This document shows positions 1 to 10,933 of a DNA stretch of 33,661 nucleotides, piece by piece; position 1 is the stretch's first letter, and each line of letters starts with the position of its first letter. The DNA lies in NCBI RefSeq assembly GCF_001194135.2, contig NC_069004.1, positions 14,260,941-14,294,601 on the forward strand, written 5' to 3'. The notes beneath the pieces were generated by a model. It was not told the origin of the DNA. It searched no databases and saw nothing but the letters and a program-made list of their open reading frames with translations. The stretch is from Octopus bimaculoides. Its lineage: Eukaryota. The translations under genes were made by a program, and so were the position numbers.

Positions 1-1709
1 TATATATATAAACATACATGCACGCACACAGACAGACATATAAACACTTTCTCGAAGACACCCCCACATGTGTATTTTCTAGAAAGTGTATATACATATA
101 CACCTAAAATGTGTGTGTGTGTAGATAAAGTTTGTTTTACATATACATTTTCAGTTATTTTCTTTAATGAATGAAAACTCTCTCTCATATGTGTGTGTGT
201 GTGTGTGTGTGTGTAGAATGTATGAAGTATTTCGGAAAAGCGAATATCCGAATGTATAATAATCCTAAGATCATGTAACTACAAAAATGTCTTGCATTTT
301 TTTTTTAATATTTCCCGACTATTCTATATATCGATTTAGCATTATCATTTATTACATGGAAAATATATTTAGAAGAGAAACGATTAGGTTTTCTCTCCTA
401 GATATATATTCATAGTGTATTTATTTCCGAATAAAGATGTTTTAATTAAGGAATAAAATCTGTAATATCTGGTAAATTGTCTTGGAATGTTGAGGAAGGA
501 TGTTAAAAAAACCGAAAACGAAAAATAAACTGGGAAATAGTTCAGGGACGTTATGGAATGGTTTATAAAAATCTGTTGGACTGTTAATTTATATATAAAC
601 GTTGTTAATTCAAGCAGGTGTTCATGGTGGTGACTTGTGGCAGAGATAGGAGATTGTCATGTGTATGTAGAGAGTGACAGAGAAATGGGTCTTGACAGTC
701 GAAGAATGTTTGTGTGGGGGTGTGTATGTGTAACACTGAAGCGAGTTGCGGGAATGAGAGACGGAGAGAACGTGTTGTTACAGAGGTAGAGCGTTTTGTA
801 ACACAGGATCTATGGACAGCCATTGAATGAATGGAAGGAAGGAAGGAAGCAAGCAAGCAATGGGTGTCGCAGAGAACGTAAAAACAAAAATCAGTGCATG
901 TGACATTGAGAGACACGTGACAAAATAAAGAGGTGACACAGTGTGACAAAGAGAGAGAGAAAGAGAGAGCAGGAAGGAAAGAGAGGAGGGGGGAAAAAGA
1001 TGAGAAGGTAGAACAGAGAATGAGGAAGAGATAGTGTTACAGAGGGAAAGAGATAGAAACAGTGTGACAGATGGTGAGAAAGAAAGACAGTGTGTGTGCG
1101 TGAGAGAGAAAGAGGGCGTGATTGAGTCTATGTAGGGAGAAGGAAAACTTAAAATGTGTGGGGAAATATAAGCGTGACAGAAAAGGGTGTGTTACAGAGA
1201 AATAGGTAACGACATTAAACGGAATATAGTGGTGTGTTGCAGAAAAACGTATATGATGTTTGTGATTCGCGAAATGGTGTGTGTGTGTGCGTGACATAAA
1301 ACGTGTGTACGTGGATGGATGCAAGCCATCTATCTATGAATGTGTACACTGTAAGACCGTGTGTATGTAACTACATTATATAATACACACACGTACACAC
1401 ATATATAGAAAGAGAAAGAGGGGGGAGGTATACTTCAACTTACGTCGGTAATTGGTCAAGACATGCGACTTAACTCGAAAAAACGTTAACAAAAATTTAT
1501 TAGCTAATATCTATTTTGATAAATAGTTTCTACACTGCTTTCATATGTATTTTATTTGATAGTTCCCTTCAGTACTGGTTTTTTTAAGTGTTTGTTTTTA
1601 AATTTTTATGATTTACTTAAAGTCGGATAAATTGACGGAAGTCGAAGTTTAGTTTCTTTTTCTAATAATTTCTTACAAATAAAACAAGTAACGTTAAGTC
1701 TGAAAGGAC

Positions 1710-1762
<53 letters not shown>

Positions 1763-2327
1763 TAATGTGTGTGTGAGACAGCATGAGTGTGAACTGTGTA
1801 TGTATGCGGCATAAAAGGTTTCGTGGCAAGGTGTGTGTGTGTGTGTGTGATAGCAAAAGATGTGTTTGACAACAGAATTATGTTGATGTGTATATTTCAA
1901 TATACATCTCAGTGTTTATATATATATATATAGAGAGAGAGAGAAAGACATTGTGGCATGACAGTGAGAGAATATATTTGCATGACATCATATACACGTC
2001 CTTATATATATATATATATATTGAAAACAATTGTGAGAAAGTGTGATGTATATAGATATGTATATGTATGTTGGGGTGTGTTTATGTGTAGGTGTATATA
2101 AAAACATTGCATTTAAGAAAGATGAGGTGCTGCATATATTTACACCTGTACATATATACATAATTGTGTGGTACTGCATATATTTATGTATGTGTATATA
2201 TATACGTACGTTACGTACATATGTGTGTGCACAAAACACCTGTATGTGGTGCATTATTTATGTAATAATATGTATAATCTAAACACGGTGTATGTACGTA
2301 GATAGATAGATAGACAGGTAGGTAGAT

Positions 2328-2361
<34 letters not shown>

Positions 2362-3214
2362 CGATGGATAGATCGATGGATAGATCGATGCAGGGGGGAG
2401 GGAGTTTGTGTGGAGAGATGTAAGGGAATGTACGAAATGTCACGTATTACAGATATGTGTGACAAAAGAAAAAACATTTAGACATGAATGTGAGGATGTG
2501 AGAATAAAAACAGGAAGGTGTTATTGTTGTCATCTATCTACCTGTATTATTTATTTTTTATTTACACACATAAATGTATGTTTGTGTGTGTGCGCGCGCG
2601 CCTATGTGTATATATATATGTATATATATTAGTTTATGTATATATTAATATTATCTCAGTTATTAAAACCTTCGATAATTTAAATACGTTAATAGTTACC
2701 AGAAGTAGCAAAATTACACTAAAAAACAAGATATCACAGCCGTTTTACAGGTAGGGATACCAAGTTAAAGTCATACATTTTGAGAAGATATGGATAATAA
2801 TGATATTATTTATTATTATTATTATCCATATATATATATATATATNNNNNNNNNNNNNNNNNNNNNNNNNNNNNNNNNNNNNNNNNNNNNNNNNNNNNNN
2901 TATATAATTAATTAATAATAGGATGAATTCTTTTATAAGAATTTATCAAGTAGCTAACGTGAAAAAAAACATCATAAGGGAAAAAAAATCCATCATTTAT
3001 TCCCCCAGTGGGAGGTAATATACTGTACTATAATCATAATGTGCTCGATGCACGAAAGTAGAGCTATAATAATAATAATAATATTGCATGTGTGTGTGCT
3101 TGTTTATGTGTGTCAATGTGCACGCGATTCTGTGTGCATGTATGTATGTGTGTGTGTGTGTATGTGTGCACACGCGTGCGCGTATCTGTTGCATTTGTTC
3201 CATGGTTCCCTTAC

Positions 3215-3355
3215 CTTGCAGATCTCGAAGTGTTCCGAACGCAATGTTTCTGTAATGTCCAATTCAGTTTTGGCTGGAGTGTTCACTGACGACCTTAGGC
3301 CGTCCAGCACTCCTTTTATTTTAAATTTCTTCATTTTATCCATCACCGTTGACAT
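3215..3355 (-). CDS. STXBP5: First coding exon of tomosyn (syntaxin-binding protein 5 / Lgl-tomosyn family), 47 codons, phase-0 donor
   Basis: Translates MSTVMDKMKKFKIKGVLDGLRSSVNTPAKTELDITETLRSEHFEICK. This matches the tomosyn N-terminus as I recall it (MxKFxIxxVLDGL...IxETLxSEHFxxCK, normally followed by TVRHG in the next exon). Similarity stops exactly at TGC AAG|GTAAGG (GT at 3214-3213). An in-frame TAA lies upstream at 3370-3368. Candidate ATGs are at 3355, 3343 and 3334. The next exon was not found in 1-3214. Confidence 0.92.
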
Positions 3356-3423
3356 GTTAAATGTCGTTTAGGTTGCGAGACAAGTAACATTTCCATAAGA
3401 AAAAGCCAGTGACACTTCACCAT
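3343..3423 (-). promoter_or_regulatory. Out-of-frame upstream ORF (26 aa) overlapping the tomosyn start region
   Basis: ATG at 3423 (GGCA-ATG-G context) reads MVKCHWLFLMEMLLVSQPKRHLTCQR*, with further in-frame ATGs at 3396 and 3390. Its TGA (3345-3343) overlaps the ATG at 3343 (TGATG). Whether it is included in the mRNA is not shown. Confidence 0.45.
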
Positions 3424-3635
3424 TGCCCGCGCCAACTGCCACGCTACTACTATTGCAGCAACTGCTGCTGCTGATGTTATTATTATTATTACTACTTCTT
3501 TCTCCTTTTTTTTTTAATTCTCAACTGCTGCTAGAAGTAGTGATAGCGGTGGTGGTGGTTAAATATGGTAGTAGAGAAAGTACGCTTGTTGAAAGGGGGG
3601 CGATTGATAGAGAGAGAGAGGGGCAGGCTGAAGGG

Positions 3636-3864
3636 GATGAGTAGTGGTTGATACACAGAGAGGGAGGGATGAGATGATTAGTGGTTGATAGAGAGACGGA
3701 AAGAGTGACAGAGAGAATGAGTAGTAGTTATTAGAGAAAGAGATAAACAGACTAAGGATGAGTACTCGTTGATAGAAAGAGGAAAAAGAGACGAAAGGAG
3801 GGCGAGTTATGGCTGACAGAGAGAGAAAAAGAGACAGTGACAGGAGGATGAGTAGTGATTGATA
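3636..3864 (+). repeat. Degenerate minisatellite, core GATGAGTAGTGGTTGATAG, about 6 copies, period about 37-46 bp
   Basis: Variant cores at about 3636, 3673, 3716, 3757, 3801 and 3847, separated by GA-rich spacers. Confidence 0.7.
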
Positions 3865-4414
3865 GAGAGATTGGGGGTATGAGAAAAGAGTAAGAGCGAG
3901 GAAAGAGGAGATAGAGAGGCAAAAAAGAATAATACAGAAAGAATAAGAAGAAATTTTAAAAAGTGCGGAATATTGCTGGGGAATTAATACTAGAGAAGTA
4001 GGTGAGAGAAAGAGAGAGTAAAAAGCAGAAGTAGAGTGGAACTGCCAGAGAATGAATAAGAGGGAGAGTGAAAGAGAGAGAGAAAGTGAAACAGCAGTTA
4101 AAGAGAGAAAAGGAATAATGCTGTTAGGGAGGGGTTGAAAGATTAAAAAGAGTAAAAGAGGGAGTAGTGCTGTATAAATGGATATTAGAGAGAGAGAGTT
4201 GTATTAGTGAATGAATAGAGGTTCGTAAAGCGAGGGAGAAGTGAGAGGTGGATATAAGAAAGGGAGTAGTAACATAAAGAGGGTTACGATTAGGTAGTGA
4301 CGACAGAAAGAGAGAGAAATGAAGGGGTGTAGTGTCTAATAAAAGGAGTAGGGAAGGAATTGAATACTAAATTATACAGAGCTGGAGTGTGTGTATGAGT
4401 ATGTGTGTATGTAT

Positions 4415-4452
<38 letters not shown>

Positions 4453-4865
4453 AAGTAAAACTGGCAAAGTGAAAGTATGAGGGGTAAGAAAAAATAGAGA
4501 GAGGGAGAGAGTTGATTAGTGAATGAGCATTAAGTGATAAAGAGGGAGTTTTAAAAGAGTAAAAGTGAGAGTAGTATTGCAGAGTAAGAGAAGGGAAAGG
4601 AGAGAAAAGAGTGAGAGAGAAGTAGTTTATAGAGAAAGGGCTGGAGAAAGAAAGAGAGGTGAACTGTTAGCAGATATTCGATAGATAGAGAGTGTTGAGG
4701 GAGGTGTAAAACGACAGATGAACTTGTGTTAGAGAGAGGATAGCGTATAGTGATGGTGGTGGTGGTAGTTATATTGATAGACATACATATAAAACAAGGA
4801 AGTAGAAAGAAATGTATTCAACAGTTGATATGTGTGTTTGTATACGTGTGTGTAGGTGTGTGGAG

Positions 4866-5005
4866 AGAGAGACTAGCCAACAGTTGATATAGAAAGAGTA
4901 CACGTAGTAAAGAGAGGGGTAGTGAGAGACTAGCCAACAGTTGATATAGAAAGAGTACAAGTAGTAAAGAGAGGGGTAGTGAGAGACTTGACAACAGTTG
5001 ATATG
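4866..5005 (+). repeat. 57-bp tandem repeat, about 2.4 copies
   Basis: Unit GAGAGACTAGCCAACAGTTGATATAGAAAGAGTACACGTAGTAAAGAGAGGGGTAGT; the CAACAGTTGATA core recurs at 4878, 4935 and 4992. Confidence 0.85.
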
Positions 5006-5544
5006 AAAAGAATATAAGCAATAAAGAGAGGGGTTGTTGCTTGTATTGCCAATTTATTGAGTGGGACGAATGTTATTGATAGAAAGCTTGAGTTGGTTAT
5101 TAGAGGGGAGATAGGGAAGAAGGGGCAATAGATATAAAAGAGAAAAGAGAGAGAGAGAGAGAGAGAGAGTGAAATAGATAGAAAAAGAAATGATGAAATG
5201 GAAAGACAGAGGGGGAGAGAGAGAGATGAAGAAATAATGAATGGGGCAAAACAAAAAGACGTACGATAGAGGAATGCATAGAAATGGAAAGTTAAGGAGA
5301 AAGAGAGAATGAGAGACAGAGAAATGGAGGGAATGATCTAGAAAGGAAGGAAAGCAGAGAGAGAGTGAGAGGGGGAAGAGAAATAAACAGAAAAAAAATA
5401 GAGAGCAGAAAAGAAGAATGCGTAAAAGTGAAAGTGAAAGTAAAAATCAACAGTTGATAATAGAAAGGGTATATATCGCGGATATGAACGATGTATATAG
5501 AGAGTGAGGGGGGCGGGAGAAGAGAGAAAGATCTAGAAAGGAAG

Positions 5545-5585
<41 letters not shown>

Positions 5586-5696
5586 AGAGAGAGAGAGAGG
5601 GGAGAGAGAGAGATAGATAGACAAACAGATAGAGAAAAAGAGTGAAAAGAAGGCTATGGAAAAAGAAAGTAAAATTCAACAGTTGATAATAGAAAG

Positions 5697-5769
<73 letters not shown>

Positions 5770-5884
5770 GTGAGGAATGGTTGCATTTAGAGTAGAGGGG
5801 ACATAGTGTAAAAGAGACGAGAGAGTGAGAACGTGTGTGTGTGTGTGTGTGTGTGTTATTGTGTGTGCGCGCGTGTTATTGTGT

Positions 5885-6205
5885 GTATGCAGCAACAGTA
5901 GATGTGGCGGTGGTGGAGAAGCTTATGGTGGAGGTGGAGGTGGTGATAGTATAAATAGCAATAGTAGTTGTTGTAATAGTAGTAGTAGTAGTAGTAGTAG
6001 CAGCAGCAACAGCAGCATTAGGATATTACAGCAATAGTTCATACAGAGCTGGAACGTGCGATGCAACAGCAGCTGCAATAGTGATCACTGTAGTGCATTA
6101 AAAAAAAAAAACATGACAACAGCAGCAGCAGCAGCAGCAGTAGTAGCAGCAGCGGTAGCAGCAGCAGCAGTAGTAGCAGCAGCAGTAGCAGCAGCAGCAA
6201 CAACA
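5885..6205 (+). repeat. Compound trinucleotide repeats (TAG)n/(CAG)n/(GGT)n
   Basis: Direct reading: (AGT)n at about 5978-6000 and mixed GCA/GTA at 6118-6202. Confidence 0.9.
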
Positions 6206-7339
6206 TTGTGTAAACGTTTGTGTTTGTATGCCTGTGTGCGTTTGTGTGTGTGATGTATGTTGTGTACGCTTTTGTCTGTATGTATGTATGTGTACTCTTG
6301 TGTACATGACTGTATTCTATATATGTGTGTGTGTGTGTGCATATGTGTTTGTGCACATGTATACACATGTGTTTNNNNNNNNNNNNNNNNNNNNNNNNNN
6401 NNNNNNNNNNNNNNNNNNNNNNNNNNNNNNNNNNNNNNNNNNNNNNNNNNNNNNNNNNNNNNNNNNNNNNNNNNNNNNNNNNNNNNNNNNNNNNNNNNNN
6501 NNNNNNNNNNNNNNNNNNNNNNNNNNNNNNNNNNNNNNNNNNNNNNNNNNNNNNNNNNNNNNNNNNNNNNNNNNNNNNNNNNNNNNNNNNNNNNNNNNNN
6601 NNNNNNNNNNNNNNNNNNNNNNNNNNNNNNNNNNNNNNNNNNNNNNNNNNNNNNNNNNNNNNNNNNNNNNNNNNNNNNNNNNNNNNNNNNNNNNNNNNNN
6701 NNNNNNNNNNNNNNNNNNNNNNNNNNNNNNNNNNNNNNNNNNNNNNNNNNNNNNNNNNNNNNNNNNNNNNNNNNNNNNNNNNNNNNNNNNNNNNNNNNNN
6801 NNNNNNNNNNNNNNNNNNNNNNNNNNNNNNNNNNNNNNNNNNNNNNNNNNNNNNNNNNNNNNNNNNNNNNNNNNNNNNNNNNNNNNNNNNNNNNNNNNNN
6901 NNNNNNNNNNNNNNNNNNNNNNNNNNNNNNNNNNNNNNNNNNNNNNNNNNNNNNNNNNNNNNNNNNNNNNNNNNNNNNNNNNNNNNNNNNNNNNNNNNNN
7001 NNNNNNNNNNNNNNNNNNNNNNNNNNNNNNNNNNNNNNNNNNNNNNNNNNNNNNNNNNNNNNNNNNNNNNNNNNNNNNNNNNNNNNNNNNNNNNNNNNNN
7101 NNNNNNNNNNNNNNNNNNNNNNNNNNNNNNNNNNNNNNNNNNNNNNNNNNNNNNNNNNNNNNNNNNNNNNNNNNNNNNNNNNNNNNNNNNNNNNNNNNNN
7201 NNNNNNNNNNNNNNNNNNNNNNNNNNNNNNNNNNNNNNNNNNNNNNNNNNNNNNNNNNNNNNNNNNNNNNNNNNNNNNNNNNNNNNNNNNNNNNNNNNNN
7301 NNNNNNTATATATATATAAATATATATATATATAGATAG

Positions 7340-7380
<41 letters not shown>

Positions 7381-9116
7381 CAGACAAATAGATAGATGGA
7401 TAGATAAACAAACAGATAGATAGTTACATAACACACACATGTATGTGTACTTGTGCACATGTAAATTAATGCATAAATGTTTGTGTATATGTATGTGTGC
7501 GTACGTGCATGTGAGTGCAATAATATGCACGCATGTTAGTGATTGTGCATTCGCATGTGTCAGTGAGTCTATATGCATTTATGTACATATATGCGTGTGA
7601 GTACATGTTAGTGCATGTGTATGTTTGATTTTTTTGTAATTAACAGCAGCAATAGAATCAACTTCTATGTGTAGGTATGTGTGTGTGTGTGCATGTGTGT
7701 GTGGGTGTAGGTGGGTGTATGTGTGATGGTGGAAGGCTGTGTATATGTGTGTGTGTGTATAACTGGTTTATTTAATGATTTTAGTTCATGACAAAGAGGA
7801 CGACAACGATAGTGATTGTGGCGGTGAGAGTAGTGGCTATGATGGTGATGGTGTGCTGGCAAAGCTTGAGGGAGTAATGATTATGATGGTGGTGGTGGTG
7901 GTGGTGGTGGTGGTGGTGGAGGTGATGATGGTGGTGNNNNNNNNNNNNNNNNNNNNNNNNNNNNNNNNNNNNNNNNNNNNNNNNNNNNNNNNNNNNNNNN
8001 NNNNNNNNNNNNNNNNNNNNNNNNNNNNNNNNNNNNNNNNNNNNNNNNNNNNNNNNNNNNNNNNNNNNNNNNNNNNNNNNNNNNNNNNNNNNNNNNNNNN
8101 NNNNNNNNNNNNNNNNNNNNNNNNNNNNNNNNNNNNNNNNNNNNNNNNNNNNNNNNNNNNNNNNNNNNNNNNNNNNNNNNNNNNNNNNNNNNNNNNNNNN
8201 NNNNNNNNNNNNNNNNNNNNNNNNNNNNNNNNNNNNNNNNNNNNNNNNNNNNNNNNNNNNNNNNNNNNNNNNNNNNNNNNNNNNNNNNNNNNNNNNNNNN
8301 NNNNNNNNNNNNNNNNNNNNNNNNNNNNNNNNNNNNNNNNNNNNNNNNNNNNNNNNNNNNNNNNNNNNNNNNNNNNNNNNNNNNNNNNNNNNNNNNNNNN
8401 NNNNNNNNNNNNNNNNNNNNNNNNNNNNNNNNNNNNNNNNNNNNNNNNNNNNNNNNNNNNNNNNNNNNNNNNNNNNNNNNNNNNNNNNNNNNNNNNNNNN
8501 NNNNNNNNNNNNNNNNNNNNNNNNNNNNNNNNNNNNNNNNNNNNNNNNNNNNNNNNNNNNNNNNNNNNNNNNNNNNNNNNNNNNNNNNNNNNNNNNNNNN
8601 NNNNNNNNNNNNNNNNNNNNNNNNNNNNNNNNNNNNNNNNNNNNNNNNNNNNNNNNNNNNNNNNNNNNNNNNNNNNNNNNNNNNNNNNNNNNNNNNNNNN
8701 NNNNNNNNNNNNNNNNNNNNNNNNNNNNNNNNNNNNNNNNNNNNNNNNNNNNNNNNNNNNNNNNNNNNNNNNNNNNNNNNNNNNNNNNNNNNNNNNNNNN
8801 NNNNNNNNNNNNNNNNNNNNNNNNNNNNNNNNNNNNNNNNNNNNNNNNNNNNNNNNNNNNNNNNNNNNNNNNNNNNNNNNNNNNNNNNNNNNNNNNNNNN
8901 NNNNNNNNNNNNNNNNNNNNNNNNNTATATATACATCCTAAACAATACTGTCTGACAAACGGGAATGTGAAACTCTGAGTAACAGTTTTTGTGATATTTT
9001 TGCAGTTTCAATTCCTGACCGTTATACTAATACATCTGTTTGTTTTCTACACCATCTGTCTTCGTCTTTTGTATTTTTGTGAATTCTTTCTACATATATA
9101 TATATATATATATATA

Positions 9117-9413
9117 TATCGTTTAATATACACAGTATTTAGATATAAGCCAGTAATAGTTTCATGCCATGGAAACACAATAATTCAGTAGATTTAAATA
9201 ACGTGCCTTATATCTCCAAGCTATTGAAACAATTCTTCAGACTTCCTCGGAGACACAAGGCATATTATACAAACCTGCCAAAGTACTGTGTTTTTACAGC
9301 ATGAAACTAATAGTAGCTCATATTTAAATACTGTGTATATTAAATGATATTTATCTCTTACTAGATGGAGAACATTTTTTTGTTGATCCTACCTATATTG
9401 GAACAGTAAACTA
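9117..9413. mobile_element. MITE-like element with long inverted arms; left arm truncated by (TA)n
   Basis: 9117-9179 (TATCGTTTAATATACACAGTATTTAGATATAAGCCAGTAATAGTTTCATGC...) is an imperfect reverse complement of 9287-9349. The right arm continues to ...GGAACAGTAAACTA at 9413. Confidence 0.7.
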
Positions 9414-9414
9414 C

Positions 9415-9464
<50 letters not shown>

Positions 9465-9791
9465 ATGTATTTATGTATGTATGTATATCAAATATGTGGT
9501 TCAAAGGTGGTACACAAAACAAAAGACAGAGAGGCGAGGGAACAAAAAGTAGGTGAATTAGTTTGATGTTTGGAAGGAATGGAAAAGTCTTTGATGTTTT
9601 GAGTCTATGCCCTTCAACAGAAAGAGATGAGAGGAAAACAATGGAGAGAGAGAGAAGGGGAGAGGGAGAGAGAGAAGGGGAGAGGGAGAGAGAGAAGGGG
9701 AGAGAGAAACAGGAGAAAATAAATGTGTCATAATTAATGGTTCCACATTTTGTAATGACCATTTGTATGTATGTTTGTTTGTATGTGTGAA

Positions 9792-10098
9792 GGCGCATGG
9801 CTCAATGGTTAGAGCGTTGGGCTTACGAACATGAAGTGAGTTCGAATCCCAGACTGGGTTGCATGTTGTGTTCTTGAGCAAGACACTTTATTTCACATTG
9901 CTCCAGTTTACTCAGCTGTAGAAATGATTTGCAACGTCACTGGTGCCCAGCTTAATTGACCTTTGCCTTTCCCTTGGATAACATCGGTGGTGTGGAGAGG
10001 GGAGGTTGGTATGCATGGGTGACTGCTGGTCTTCCATGAACAACCTTGCCTGGACTTGTGCCTTGGAGGGTAGCTTTCTAGGTGCAATCCCATGGTCA
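9792..10098 (+). mobile_element. tRNA-derived SINE, family A (tRNA head plus CORE-like domain), 3' end truncated
   Basis: A box TGGCTCAATGG (9798-9808), B box GAGTTCGAATCC (9838-9849), CORE-like TGTGTTCTTGAGCAAGACACTTTATTTCAC (9868-9897). Homologous to 20304-20634, 25781-26119 and 33189-33290. Confidence 0.85.
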
Positions 10099-10284
10099 TT
10101 GAATACAAGACAATGGATGAGACCCTAATATTCCTAGTTAGATAGAAACTGCGGGACCACATGGAGCTGTCCACCTGTGACTCCTATAATATGCGCAACT
10201 GAAACACCTATGAAGGGGCGTCCTATAGGATGACCTAGATGAGATGAGAACACCAACATCCTCTCAACGATTAGCCAGAGATGA

Positions 10285-10582
10285 TTTTTAAAATGAGAAT
10301 ATCTGAAATAAACTCAACTGCTCTCACAAATGAGAATACTAAAAATTAAGTAAAAATACTAAAATTAAGTAAAAAAAGCAAGAAAAATAATCCAGAACCT
10401 TTGTCTGGTACTGGATCAATCCCAAAATCTAATCAGTTTGTGCTAGTCACAAGGCTAAATATTCCTGAAAGTTTCATCCAAATCAATCCAGTGGTTCTTG
10501 AGATATCTTATCTATGGACAAACAAGCAAACAAACAAACATGACTGAAAACAATACCTCTGCCTTCGCTAAGGCGAAGTAAT
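10285..10582 (+). mobile_element. Non-autonomous Helentron-type element (HINE; DINE-1/Pearl-like architecture)
   Basis: Body ...CCAAAATCTAATCAGTT...AAAGTTTCATCCAAATC..., then a (CAAA)n microsatellite (about 10518-10540), then GAAAACAAT and a terminal stem-loop ACCTCTGCCTT-CGCT-AAGGCGAAGT (10555-10579) followed by AAT. The 5' boundary is approximate. Confidence 0.6.
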
Positions 10583-10598
10583 TATGTAATTAAGTAAT

Positions 10599-10881
10599 TA
10601 TGACGATTTGAAGTGGGAAATATGAAGGTTGTGGTCAATGAGTAGATGAGATACCAATAGTAATTAGAAGTATCAACACTCAACTACCAACATGGCTGAA
10701 AAAGATTGGTGCAAGCGTGAAGGTAGAACACCTACAAAAATCAGCATTGGTTGGAACTGCAAGAATTCATCGCAGGGTTCTTGAAGCATCACCAGTAAAC
10801 AAGTGTCACCTTAGCCTGCTGGCTGTGGACAGCTGACACTTTCCATCTTACCCAACAAAATAAGCTGTGAATTTTCATCAC

Positions 10882-10932
<51 letters not shown>
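10599..10932 (+). mobile_element. 5'-truncated R4/Dong-like non-LTR retrotransposon (end of the RLE ORF, 3'UTR and (TAA)n tail)
   Basis: Reads YDDLKWEI*RLWSM / frameshift / IPIVIRSINTQLPTWLKKIGASVKVEHLQKSALVGTARIHRRVLEA, the typical RLE-clade C-terminus (LQKxxLxGTARIxRRVL). It ends in about 15 TAA units at 10886-10932. Confidence 0.8.

Positions 10933-10933
<1 letters not shown>

Larger units (their letters stand above)
3560..5830 (+). repeat. Long purine-rich (GA/GAAA) low-complexity tract with embedded minisatellites
   Basis: The plus strand is almost all A/G, with (GA)n runs (e.g. 4418-4450, 5145-5170, 5548-5615, 5745-5770) and a (TA)n run at about 5698-5745. Confidence 0.9.

Noticed and set aside
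2740-2756. TTTTACAG|GTAGGG recursive-splice-like motif
   Set aside because: It is on the plus strand whereas tomosyn is on minus; the motif is short enough to occur by chance.
1-3214. Second tomosyn exon (expected TVRHGFP...)
   Set aside because: No such coding sequence was seen; it probably lies beyond the window start. The 2846-2900 gap is too small to hold much of it.
6039-8941. Long ORFs of 130-500 aa here and at 16294-16884, 18643-19503, 21897-22369, 26110-27353, 30171-30902 and 32226-33113
   Set aside because: They are artefacts of translating through N-gaps and microsatellites.
9792-9860. Possible tRNA gene (also at about 20570-20634 and 26050-26119)
   Set aside because: A and B boxes are present, but there is no acceptor stem or T-run terminator, and the sequence continues into a shared SINE body.
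10100-10285. Possible LINE remnant (TPMKGRPIG*PR resembles RTE RPxGRP)
   Set aside because: The match is too short and degenerate to call.
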